From positions 53,444,001-53,508,000 of the forward strand of contig NC_043005.1 of assembly GCF_006345805.1 (NCBI RefSeq): a stretch of DNA of 64,000 bases. The letters are read 5' to 3'. Origin of the DNA: Octopus sinensis. Its lineage: Eukaryota. The notes under the pieces are model-generated. The model searched no databases. It saw nothing but the letters and a program-made list of their open reading frames with translations, and had not been told where the DNA came from. How positions within the stretch are numbered: position 1 is the first letter of the stretch; every line of letters starts with the position of its first letter. A program made the translations under genes and the position numbers. Shown here piece after piece: positions 1 through 11,869 of the stretch.

Positions 1-24
1 GTTGGTTTGTTTACGTTTCCGTAA

Positions 25-165
25 TTAATGGTTCGGCAGATGCGACCAATGGAGTCTTTTAAAAAATAACCACTTGGGTCGATTTGGTCGACTAAAACCT
101 TGTAATACTGTGTCCCAGGATGGCTGCACTCCAATGACTGAACCACGTAAACAAGTAAAAAGTAA
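25..165 (+). mobile_element. SINE 3' tail fragment (composite SINE family also at 13358, 19270, 50385)
   Basis: Shares gggtcgatttggtcgactaaa...tggctgca...aaatgactgaa..aagtaaaa motifs with the other tail copies; followed by (CATA)n. Confidence 0.6.
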
Positions 166-1790
166 AATACATACATACATACATACACATACCTGCATAC
201 ATACATACATACATACATACATGTATACAGGCATACAAGCATACTATTGAATTAAAATAGTAATGTTTATTGCCATATGTTTGTGCTTACGAAGATGAGT
301 AACTCTAAAGTGCATGTGTTGAATACGATCACATGCACCTATCTATAGATTGTTCAATATGATTTGAGATAATCGAAATAATAAGAGTAGTAGACTTCGA
401 ATATTTTGCTCTTTAGTTTTCATATTTTGGACTGGAATTGTAAAAATTGAGCGAGTTTTTCTCCTTAGATTTATTTACTTTTTATTGTCTCGAATTAATT
501 ATTCTCTTTTAAGTCTAAGGATATGACAGACATAAAGCCAATAAATAGAGATGCACATGAAATTCTGTTTTTTATTATCTCTTTTTCTAATAACGCCAAA
601 ATATTAATCATCTTTCTGAGTTACAAACTTATATTTCTGCTGATTTAAATTAATATATAATTAATGTATAATTACAGTCGAGTTTGTCGTTAAAAATAAG
701 ACTAAGAGCCGAGTCAATGGCGCCAACGCGCAACTATCAACGTCGACTACTATGAAAGAGAAATTAGGAAGTCATCAACACAGTCTCTCTTATTTGCAGT
801 TCGGTCACATTTGCGAAAGATGGTGCACTGATCGTCGTCAGTACCATATTTTATCGACTCCAAAAGGATATATTCAAATGCCTTCTCTAGAAAGCTGATG
901 TCTGAGCATGCTCATTTTGAGAGAACACTTCACTATACTTTCCTGTTTTTGCAATATCGGTGCAGTTAATGACATAGAAGCATTACAAAACACCAATGTT
1001 TGACTATAACTCACCTTCAAGCACTCATCCATTGCTGGATGTAATTCGGAGTATTTACTTTACAAGGTTCTACTCCTTTATTTCGTAGTCTGCTGTCTTC
1101 AGAGATTTCGCTTCACACACAGGTAGTTCTGGGGCCGATTCTGCTGCGCCTGCACCTTGGGACAATCTCTTTTATGTAGACTAGCTTCTAATCTAGTCTA
1201 CATAACACTAGTAAAAGAAATTAAGAAAACGGAAACCATACAGAGGACTTCCGAATAGACTTTAACTGGTATTGGGTAGAAAACTTAATTAATCGCTCTG
1301 CCTAATATCAGCAACTGGTTCGTAGGGGCTTGTAAGCCAAGTTCACTCAGTATACAAGTCTTCGAACCTGGTTTCCGATTTAATGATAAATAGTTCGTTA
1401 CATGCTACTCAGTAACTATGGAGTCCAGGTATTATATTCCTTTCTCTTCACCAGATCTGGAGGCCCTGAAAAGGATCATGTTTGCTTTCCTTTCTCATCT
1501 GGCTAAGCCACAAAAATGTTGACTAAGACTAAGGTATTTAAAAAACGGTTTTTATTCTTAGGTACAGCATAAATGTCAGAGACACCATGCGAACTGTGGA
1601 CCCTCGGATTGTTACATAACATACCAAGTAACAGCAATTCATGTCTCTCAATAATTTAATAGTCATACGTTTCTACCACATAATCTAGAGGCACATGCAA
1701 TTTTGTTACCATACCATGTTATACACCACACACACACACACACATATACACACGCGCGCACAGACACACACACACACACCACACACATAT

Positions 1791-1821
<31 letters not shown>

Positions 1822-3799
1822 TAGACATACACGCATACACATAGGTACACATACACATAGATACAGTAAACACATGCGTGTACAGACCAATCAATTAACC
1901 AATCTAGCAACCACTTTCCATTTTAAACTCCATATTGAATTTACTCGAGTAACGTAAATTTCTATCAGTGAGACAAATGTATCAGATGACTTTTACTATA
2001 TTACTTGCTTGACTGGTTAACTACACAGATTGTTGATAACATCATAGCTGAACTGAAATTGATTCTGCTATATCGCTCTGCTGTATCAAACAAGCTGTTC
2101 TAAGACGTGCAGTGCAGCAAGCAAACAGATGAGTTTAAATCTAGTATATGTTAAGTCTCTAAGATGATAGACTTATTTCCATAATGGTCACCTGGAGCAG
2201 ATTGTGTCCCTAATAAAGAACCAGCTAATCCATATACGCTCTCTGTTTGCCAATCACTAAAACTCTATTCAGAGCCAAATAGTTGATTAGACCACTTCAT
2301 GGAATTATCGTAGAAACCATATTCATTTGATGCTTGGTCAAACTTGTAATGTTTGTCAGTAAGAGATAAAGTTGAAATTATATTATTAGATAAATTTGCT
2401 GCTTATATAGACAAATACAACGAGCTTATCATTGATGATTCATTGCTATCCCATTTCACACTTGCACCTTTTCACTTCTACTTGCATTCCTTTACTCATA
2501 AAGGGAATTAAATCAAAACCGATTATAAACTGAACAAACACGTTGCTATGTTAGAACACCGTGTTTTATGATCAGTACCGGCTTCTTCGGTCGTTTCCGT
2601 TGTTATTGTCTTGCAAAATAAATCTATATACCTCAGTAAAACCTATGAGCTAACTCTCATATATTTTGTTTCGGTCTTCTAGAATAACTAGTTATGACTC
2701 TTAATGATGCGATATCACTGATAATCATGTGAAACGAGTGAGTATGCGGTTAGGTGCTGCGGAGGAGGAGGAGGCAGCAGCGAAAAATATTCTTTGCGAA
2801 TTACGGACACATCTCACACGTTTTGACAAGCTACTTCTCGGTAGCTTTCTAATAATTACAATGATTAACATCACAAACGTTCAGAATGAAGATCCTCTTC
2901 TCCTTCTCCACTACCTCCTCCGCCTCATAATCATCACCGCCATACTATTATTACCACCATTCTTAACATCAACAGCAACATCATAATTATCATCCTTATA
3001 TTTATGATCGTAGTTCTGATCATAATCCTTCTCTCCATCGTCATCATATTTATCCTGCTCGTGTCGACAGCAACTGATGAGGATAAAATTCTGATAAAGA
3101 TAGATTATGATGAAATTCCCAAACACAAAACATGATTAAAACTGAAACGTTCAAAGTTGTATATTCTCCAATTAACTTCTTAAAAGCAGAAGTAAAATAG
3201 AACAACATTTTCAATTAAACGTAAAATACGTTTATATATTTGTTTTCAAAAATTACATTGCAGAAAAATAATTTTCATTTTTTTATATCTAATTAAAAAA
3301 AAAGGCAAAAAAAAAAACTTGTTTTCTCAAAAAGAAATTACAGTTGTAATAGCGATTTCTTCCAGAGGTACAAGGCTAAGGTTATACTGAACGGAATTGT
3401 ATTTCAAATTACAGTAATGAATTTATATTTATTTTTCTACTTAATTTATACATTATTTAGTAAACAAGCTTCATTGCTTAAATGTTTCCAACTGTACAGG
3501 CGGGTTATTGTTTACAAGTATTCCTGGGGTGAGAACAACAAAAGAATTTCTGTATAACTGGCGTGGAAAAAATAACACACAGGTTATTATATATTCAAAA
3601 GCAATACTCTTTACCTTTCTTTCTTTCCTTCCTTCGCCCCCTTTCTCTCTCTGTCTATCTCTCTCCTATTTGTTTTTTCTTTCATTCATTTTTTGTTTCT
3701 CCCTCGTTATACATGTATGTGTGTAGCACTGCCACATGATACTCTTCCCTCTGCCGTAAGGCTTCATTTCCACACACGCCAGCTGAATTCGATTCGTCC

Positions 3800-4160
3800 C
3801 CAGTCGAAAGACACCTGTTGTTATGTCCTGTTATTATTATTATTATTATTGTTATTGTTATTGTATTTTGTATTTATAGTCGTGTAACATCGTCTGTTTT
3901 TCCGTCCTTGTTTTCGTATACATTCGATGCTTTTTTTCCAAGGAATCTAATGCTCCAAGCTTAGTTTTTCTTTGGGGTTGGCCAGATTGGAGCAATCTCA
4001 AGATTAACCAGCCGAAATTGCGAGGATGATCCGGTTCTTGACTGAAGATAAAAGGCTTCGAATGACCCGTCCTTGTTTTTTTGTATCGTCTATCTGGATG
4101 TTTTGTTGTCCCCTTTTGTATCACCTAGTTGTCCTGATGTTTTGCGTTCTTGTCCCATTT
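3800..4160. repeat. Interspersed repeat, related copy at ~27550-27950
   Basis: Shared blocks aatctaatgct...agcttagttttt...ggccaga/gagttggagcaa...agccgaaatt...gactgaagat..aaggcttcgaatga in both places; class not determined. Confidence 0.6.
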
Positions 4161-4466
4161 TGTATTATATTTTATATATACATATATAGATAGATAGCTA
4201 AGTGATATTCCAAAAAAAATCTTGTAGAATGTTGAGCAAAGCTAGCGCATAGTTATTAGCTACCTATTGTCGTCATACAGCCTAAATACAGATCCTCCTT
4301 GATTTACTGCAGGAATTCCATAGTATTCGTTGAGTTTATATAGATAGATAGATAAACGACAGAAAATGGAATTAACGAGATTCCTTATTCAAAATCACAA
4401 CAATAATTTCGACGCATTCTCTCACCTGTAGTTCATGGGTGAGATATTTTGCAATTGCACATTTAT

Positions 4467-4610
4467 TATCTTACATCCCAGGTGTAGAATCCACCTCTTC
4501 AGGTGATTGTTTAAAAAGTTACTTGTTATACATATTCATCATTTCACTCAGTTTTATTGTATGTAACAGTCACCCAGAGGAGGTGCATTCTACACCTGCG
4601 ATATAAGATA
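4467..4610. mobile_element. Small fold-back / MITE-like element
   Basis: Imperfect ~45-bp inverted repeats 4467-4512 (atcttacatcccaggtgtagaatccacctc) and 4565-4610 (gaggtgcattctacacctgcgatataagat), ~50-bp spacer. Confidence 0.55.
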
Positions 4611-4612
4611 TT

Positions 4613-4820
4613 CTTTTCTACTCTAGGCACAAAGCCCGAAATTTTGGAGGAGGGGGCCAGTCGATTAGCTCGACCGCAGTACGCAACTGGTACTAAATTT
4701 ATCGCCCCTCCCCGAAAGGATGAAAGGCAAAGTTAACCTCGGTGGAATTTGAGCTCAGAACGTAGAGACAGGCGAAGTACCGCTAAGCATTTCGCCTGGC
4801 ATGCTAACGATTCTGTCGCC
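4613..4820 (-). mobile_element. tRNA-derived SINE (abundant family with gttcaaattccgccgaggtcgactttgcctttcatcctttcggggtcgat core)
   Basis: Reverse complement of the family head/core/tail seen intact at 26604-26830. Confidence 0.8.
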
Positions 4821-4955
4821 ATCTCGCTGCTTTCTGCGATGTAAAATATTAAGTGCACAACTGCACATCTCACCTATGAATTGCAGGTGAAAAAATCATC
4901 GAAACAATCGTAGTGAGTTTGAACAAAGAATCTCATTGATTCCATTTCCTGTGTT

Positions 4956-4994
<39 letters not shown>

Positions 4995-5386
4995 CTCTCT
5001 CTCCCCCTCACTTTCTCCATATATATATATATATATTCATATATATTATATTTGTACATATGTATATGTATAAACACATACACAACACACATATCTATCA
5101 GTGTCTTCATCCCTTGTTCTCACTTTCTCTCTCTCTGAGCATATATATATATATTATATATTTAATCAATATAGGGAGGCAAAAAATTTTGTAGAATTCT
5201 TTTGCCCCCAGCAGGCCTAGTGGGAAAAAATAAAATAGTCATAAACCATTTTTAAGTTCAATATCACAATCAAGGACGGCCATAATAGGCCATTCACCCA
5301 CTAGAAATAACAGCCAAAAAGCTTCACACCGCAAAATAACATTAATTCTGTAAACCAGGAGAAAATAAAAAACATTTACCCTGAAA

Positions 5387-5491
5387 TTCCTTATACGATG
5401 CACCGTTTCGTCTACTGTTTAATGGTAAACTAACCTGATTAAATTAAATCAAGCCAATCTACCATAGGCCCTTAGATTCATCAGTAAGGAT
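5387..5491 (-). ncRNA. Type I hammerhead ribozyme (485-nt unit, copy A)
   Basis: Reverse complement of the + copies: tcatcag at 5478-5484, tttc (GAAA) near 5406-5409, tac (GUA) at 5394-5396, stem I tcctta/taagga. Confidence 0.8.
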
Positions 5492-5867
5492 AGCCAAATC
5501 GGAACGATTTTTTCACGAGGCATTCACGTCCATGCCTCGCCAATATCTGACCTAAATTTTTCAAATCGTCGCACTCGCGCCAAATTTATCGGCAGCAAAT
5601 AAATATAAGCCGCCGATTCCATTACGGAACTAACCAGAAAATTCATAATTAATCAATATAGGGAGGCAAAAAATTTTGTAGAATTCTTTTGCCCCCAGCG
5701 CCTAGTGGGAAAAATTAAATAGTCATAAACCATTTTTAAGTTCAATATCACAATCAGGAACGGCCATAATGGCCATTCACCCACTAGAAATAACAGCCAA
5801 AAACTTCACCGCAAAATAACATTAATTCTGTAAACCAGGAGAAAATTAAAAAAACATTTACCCTGAA

Positions 5868-5971
5868 ATCCTTATACGATGCACCGTTTCGTCTACTGTT
5901 TAATGGTAACCTAACCTGATTAAATTAATCAAGCCAATCTACCATAGGCCCTTAGATTCATCAGTAAGGAA
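5868..5971 (-). ncRNA. Type I hammerhead ribozyme (485-nt unit, copy B)
   Basis: tcatcag at 5958-5964, tac (GUA) at 5875-5877, same stems as copy A. Confidence 0.8.
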
Positions 5972-6160
5972 TAGCCAAATCGGAACAGATATTTTTTCAC
6001 GAGGCATTCACGGTCCATGCCTCGCCAATATCTGACCTAAAATTTTATTTATTTGCTGCCGATAAATTTGGCGCGAGTGCGACGATTTGAAAATTTTAGG
6101 TCAGATATTGGCGAGGCATGGACGTGAATGCCTCGTGAAAAATATCTGTCCGATTTGGCT

Positions 6161-6267
6161 ATTCCTTACTGATGAATCTAAGGGCCTATGGTAGATTGGC
6201 TTGATTTAATTTAATCAGGTTAGTTTACCATTAAACAGTAGACGAAACGGTGCATCGTATAAGGAAT
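6161..6267 (+). ncRNA. Type I hammerhead ribozyme (485-nt unit, copy C)
   Basis: Stem I attcctta (6161-6168)/taaggaat (6260-6267); CTGATGA 6169-6175; long stem II (tcta/taga, atggta/taccat); GAAA 6244-6247; stem III acggt-gc-atcgt; GUA 6257-6259. Confidence 0.85.
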
Positions 6268-6649
6268 TTCAGGGTAATGTTTTTTTAATTTTCTCCTGGT
6301 TTACAGAATTAATGTTATTTTGCGGTTGAAGCCATTTGGCTGTTATTTCTAGTGGGTGAATGGCCTATTATGGCCGTTCCTTGATTGTGATATTGAACTT
6401 AAAAATGGTTTTATGACTATTTAATTTTTTCCCACTAGGCCGCTGGGGGCAAAAGAATTCTACCAAATTTTTTTGCCTCCCTATATTGATTAATTATGAA
6501 TTTTCTGTTAGTTCCGTAATGGAATCGGCGGCTTATATTTATTTGCTGCCGATAAATTTGGCGCGAGTGCGACGATTGAAAATTTTAGGTCAGATATTGG
6601 CGAGGCATGGACGTGATGCCTCGTGAAAAATATCTGTTCCGATTTGGCT

Positions 6650-6753
6650 ATTCCTTACTGATGAATCTAAGGGCCTATGGTAGATTGCTTGATTTAATTT
6701 AATCAGGTAGTTTACCATAAACAGTAGACGAAACGGTGCATCGTATAAGGAAT
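6650..6753 (+). ncRNA. Type I hammerhead ribozyme (485-nt unit, copy D)
   Basis: CTGATGA 6658-6664; GAAA 6730-6733; GUA 6743-6745; stem I attcctta/taaggaat. Confidence 0.85.
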
Positions 6754-8260
6754 TTCAGGGTAAATGTTTTTTTAATTTTCTCCTGGTTTACAGAATTAAT
6801 GTTATTTTGCGGTTGAAGCTTTTTGGCTGTTATTTCTAGTGGGTGAATGGCCTATTATGGCCGTTCCTTGATTGTGATATAATATATAGATATAATATAT
6901 ATATAATATAATAATATATATAATATATATATTAGTGCATTTCTTTATTGTAAGTCTTGTTGTTTTATTTTAAAATTATTAACCGATTTGATAATTCAAA
7001 TCAGAATTATTTCATTATACACCTTTGTTGGCAGGTTAATAAAACTTTTGGCAAAATTCTGCATAATTGAAGGAATCCAAATTCATGTTGCTATCGCAGA
7101 CAGCGTCGTAAAGAATTTCACATAATTCTAGTGCACTATCTTACGGAATATTTAATCCATTTATATTCAGTGTCTGATAGTTTCTTTCACTACCTATTTT
7201 GCCAAAATTTACTTGAAGTTGTTTACGTACTAAATTTTCTATACTAATAATATTTAAGAAATAATTATTGATTGAAATTGCTATCAAACAACAGAGTCGA
7301 ATGCTGAGTTTGGTTAAATAAGTATATACAACGGTAATTTAAATATTTTGAAAACAATAGTACGTAGATTTCATCAAGAAAGTATTTGTTTGAGACATTA
7401 TCATAAATGTACTTATATAAACATTTCCGATCATTGTATAGCTTCAGGAAGTTTGTATTCAGTGCTTTGAAAAGAAATTAAAATATGGCTGTTATTCAGA
7501 ACACACATGTGGTCCGGTTTGTTTGAATGTAAGATGATTAAAGTGCATTTATAATAATATTTGTCAATTAAATCCTTGATGAGTACTGCTTCATGTTAAT
7601 AGCAGAACACACCCACGCACACTCTCATACACACACTCACGCATGCATGCACACACACGCACACACACACACACACATACGAACACATGTATTTAGATGT
7701 ATGTGTATACATGTATGTGTGGTCTATCTCTCTGTATCTCTCTCGCTCTCTCTCTCTCTATATATATATATAAGCATGTACGTATACATATATATATAGG
7801 TATGTATATGTATATATATTTGTGTGTGTGTGTGTGTATATATATGTATATATATGTATATCTATATATATGTATATACATTTGTAAGTATGTATATGTG
7901 TGTGCGTGTGTGTGTATGCATGTATATGTATACAAAACCTGGTAGTAACCGTATTTTTCGCTTAATCAACCATATAGTTCTTGTTGTGTTGTATGCCTGA
8001 ATAAATGTAAATACGTTTACATCGCATTTACATTCAGTCAGAAGCATCAAATGTAGATACTCTTAAAATAGTGGATACAAAGTTATTGGAATAAGTTAGA
8101 CAAAAAACATGCGAACAAAAACAGATAAGAATAAGCATGAAAGGAAAGAAGCAATGGGCAATGGAGCAAGCTGAGGTAGGGTATACTCAGCCAGGAGAAT
8201 TTATTTCGTTCCGTATGAATTATTAAATGTCTTGTTTAAGAATGTAATCATATTAATTAC

Positions 8261-8454
8261 AAATTTTGGCACACGACCAGCAATTTCGGGGTGGTGGTAA
8301 GTCAATTACATTGACCCCAGTACTTAACGGGAACTTATTTTATCGACTCCAAAGCGGTGGAAGGCATAGTCAACCTCGGCGGAATTTGAACTCAGAAGGT
8401 GAAGACAGACGCAATGCTGGTTCGCATTTTGCGCGGCGTGCTAACGATTCTGCC
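8261..8454 (-). mobile_element. tRNA-derived SINE
   Basis: Reverse complement of family head/core (gtcaacctcggcggaatttgaactcagaa...gctaacgattctgcc). Confidence 0.75.
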
Positions 8455-8461
8455 GGTGAAG

Positions 8462-8655
8462 TGGCAGAATCGTTAGCACACTGGGTGAAATACTTAGCGG
8501 CATTTTGTCCGTCTTCATGTTCGAAGTTCAAATTCCACAGAGGTCGACAGGGTATTTCATCCTTTCGAGGTCGATAAAATAAGTACCAGTTTAGCATTGG
8601 GGTCCATGTAATCGACTTCGAAATTATTGGCCTTTTGCCCAAATTTAGAAATCAG
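8462..8655 (+). mobile_element. tRNA-derived SINE (head-to-head with previous copy)
   Basis: tggcagaatcgttagcac...gttcaaattcc...tttcatcctttcgaggtcgataaaataagtaccag. Confidence 0.75.
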
Positions 8656-10647
8656 TATAACGGTCAGACGCTAAGAAGTTGATATTGTTGGAATCACGTG
8701 CATCAATACTCGAAAATTAATTAAACAAGATATATGTAATTAGATTTGGGATAAGTGTGAGAATAGTAAGTAAAATAATGGGTTTTAAATTTCAAGAGTG
8801 ATATCTAAAATAATGTGTTTGAACGAGAGAAGAGTCGAGAGAATTGTAGAAAACCATTGATTGGTCTGTTGAAACAAACAAAAGCGTTATTGTTTATAAA
8901 ATGCATGTATGAAAAGAAAAACATTTAATAAATCGTGATTTAACTATTGTTTCTTTAGGTTATAATATTTACTCTATTTGTCTCAGATACTCAACTAACC
9001 AAATGATAAGTAGTATACTTGTTCAAAACAAGATGCTTCATAGAAGGAGATTTATGTACGAAATGCCTGCTTTAGTAGGTAGATAATTGGCACAATCGCT
9101 AGATCGTCGAATGGATAGACTCTCAGTAATGGTTTTCAATCTCTGCGTTCTGAATTTAAATTCCGCCAGGACCGACTGTACCTTTTCTCTTTCAGGTTCA
9201 ATATATCATTGAGCAATCTATTCAGGGCGGTGGATTGGTGGAGCTGAAAAAGCATCAGATCAGATGGCTCGTAATATTCTTTGCGACCGTTTGTTTTTTA
9301 GTTCGAATCCCAACATCGCCTAATTGGGTAGTGTACTTAATGCCTCACCCAGTTTTACACCACCTTCTGCAAGCTTGAATAACTTTAGTTCAGTCTACTC
9401 TGTTGCAAATATTCGGTCCACGTCACCAGTTTGTGAATAATTTTCTCCCTCCTGGCCATTTGTCTTAGAGGCATTACAAAGTGTCAACTGAAATCCCTTC
9501 ACCTCTTGAATAAAGGATAAAAGAGAATGACTTCAGTGTCCCAGTAAGGGACACAGAAATGGAGTTAAAGAAAAAAATGAGTGAAAAGAAGATGGAAAGA
9601 GAAGGGATTAAAAAGGGTTAGATATTCAGCGCTTTCAGTTAGACTATTACACTGTGAGGCATAGCAAATTATCAAACTGCTATTTAGATGATGCCCCTGG
9701 TGTTATGGTTGATGACGATAGCGATGATATTTAGCCACAGGTCAATTCCAGTGAAGCAGACCAACAATAAAATATTCCATTCATCACCAGAGCATCTCAT
9801 GTTTAGACATGTCTCTTATCTGTTTTCTTTTAATCTTTTATTTGATTCATTCATTGGATCGCGTACATGCTATGGCACTATCCTGAAGGATGTAGTCGAA
9901 CAAACCGTCTTCAGTAAGAGACTGATAGGCGAAAGAAGTCTGGTACTTACTCTATCGGTCTCTTTTTGCTGAACTGCTTCGTTAAGGGGACATAAACAAA
10001 CCAACACCGGTTGTCAAGTAGTGTGGTGGGGGATATACTCAGGCACAAAGAGTTACATACAAATACAAAGACATACATGCATACACACACAAACACACAC
10101 ACACACACATACGAATATTACTTAATTATTGCTCAATTAATCATACGGAAATTCATACATATGATACAATTACAAACACTATTTCAACGTGTGACAATAA
10201 CTAATTCAGTGTTCAGAAAATTCTCATTGCTCAGTATTAATTATTTGATCTAGCTGAATTGCGTAAGCCAGGCTCACTCCACTCTCCTTTCTTTTATTGA
10301 TATGGTAAATTAATTTTAAGAAGACTTTGATTGTTCTAGCAAAGCATATCCACTGGACTGCTCATAATTTTGATGATGATGATGACGACGACGACGACAA
10401 TGATGAAGATGATGATGGCTATGCTGACGGAGACAGTGTTGATGTTAATGATCTTGTTGTTCTTCATGATGATGAGGATGATGATGACGCGCGGACTGCA
10501 CATAACTTTGATGATGATGACGACGACGTTGATGACGACGACGACGACGATGGTAATGGTAAGGAATGATGGAAATGGTGATGACGAAGACAGCGTTCAT
10601 GTTGATGATGACTACTATGATGATAATGAGGATTCTAAAGATAGTTT

Positions 10648-10803
10648 TGGCTGTGTGGTAAGTAGCTTGCTAATAAACTACATGCTTCCGGGTTCAGTCC
10701 CACCGCGTGGCACCTTGCGCAAGTGTCTTCTACTATAGCCTCGGGCCGACCAAAGCCTTGTGAGTGGATTTGGTAGACAGAAACTGAAAGAAGCCCGTCG
10801 TAT
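10648..10803 (+). mobile_element. 5' half (tRNA-like head and core) of a composite SINE whose tail is at 13358-13562
   Basis: tggctgtgtggtaag...ggttcagtccc...ccttgcgcaagtgtcttctactatagcc...aaactgaaagaagcccgtcg; intact head-microsatellite-tail arrangement visible on - at 19270-19670. Confidence 0.75.
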
Positions 10804-10836
10804 ATGTGTGTGTATATACATATATATGTATATATA

Positions 10837-10901
<65 letters not shown>

Positions 10902-11105
10902 GTGAAATAGAAAGATGAATAATCTTGTTGCAGATTAATCAAAAGTTTAACCGATACCTTGGTAGCAAAAATCACACCAGAAGACAGCACGTTGGAGGTA
11001 CAACCATATGGTGTTGCAACCGTGCGTTGGTGCGGATAATTGAATTTTAATATTATTAGTGAATTGAAGAAATGGAGTTGAACGAAGATTGAACAGAAAT
11101 CGTTT

Positions 11106-11198
11106 TATTTCATTCTACACGTGTTTCGAAAGGCACAATTTACCAAATTCCGATTGAATAATGAGACCATATTGTGTCTTTCTCTTCAGGAAGAAATA
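11106..11198 (-). ncRNA. Type I hammerhead ribozyme in PLE pLTR
   Basis: Reverse complement of 13082-13174: tcttcag 11183-11189, gtttc 11123-11127, tac 11116-11118. Confidence 0.9.
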
Positions 11199-11869
11199 GG
11201 AAATCCGTTGGAAATATCAAAAACAGAACAGAGGCGGAGCAAAACAAATCGAACTAGGCTCCTAAGAGCCCATGGCCAAACTGCTTATCAGTGTATGTTG
11301 AAAACGGGTGGTGGGTGCGTTGAAGATTTTAACGGGTCAGGCAGCGGTCATTCCGGTGGGTGAGGGCACGGGGTGTGTAGATGTTCTTTGTGACCGAGAG
11401 TAAAGTTCTGACTATTTAAAGAATATTAGATGTATTATATGGGGCGAGTCAAAATCTACTTAGAGACATGTGTGAGTTTACTGTTCTATATATGTGTGCG
11501 GGCGCAAGTTGGTAAGAAGCGCTACATTCTGGTCACTGCTGAGAAATCCGTCAAGGGGTAGAAAACATTTTATGTGTACGTGTGTGCGTTTGATCGCGCG
11601 GCTGTCAGTTGGTAAACAGCTCTACACAATGGTCACTGCTGTAAAATCCGTCGGGCGGCAGAAAAATATTTTATGTGTGCGTGTGTTTGTCTAATCATGC
11701 CTTGTCAAAGAAACCCCCCGTCGTCAAAAACAAAGCCCCATTCATCTCACAGGAGTAATTCCCCTTGCAATGGTTTATCATATTTCTCTTAAAGGCTTTT
11801 TCAGAATTTATTACCAAGGGCTATTTTCATATAAGTAGTGTAACCGGGTGCAGGTATTATTTATAAGCG

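Larger units (their letters stand above)
5162..6880. mobile_element. Palindromic array of a ~485-nt hammerhead-containing non-coding unit (retrozyme-like / non-autonomous PLE pLTR multimer)
   Basis: Left arm 5162-6046 is ~1.8 tandem units on -, right arm 6047-6880 is ~1.7 units on +; one HHR per unit; no ORF; (TA)n on both sides. Confidence 0.85.

Noticed and set aside
1070-1105. - strand CTGAAGA...GAAA
   Set aside because: No stem II or stem I pairing; chance motif
4000-4065. CTGAAGA...cttcGAAT motif (also ~27875) as a hammerhead
   Set aside because: Stem I and stem III cannot be paired convincingly
11121-11363. 80-aa ORF repeated in pLTR arms (also 12917-13159, 52524-52727, 55282-55524)
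   Set aside because: Antisense to the hammerhead region; frames differ between the two element copies
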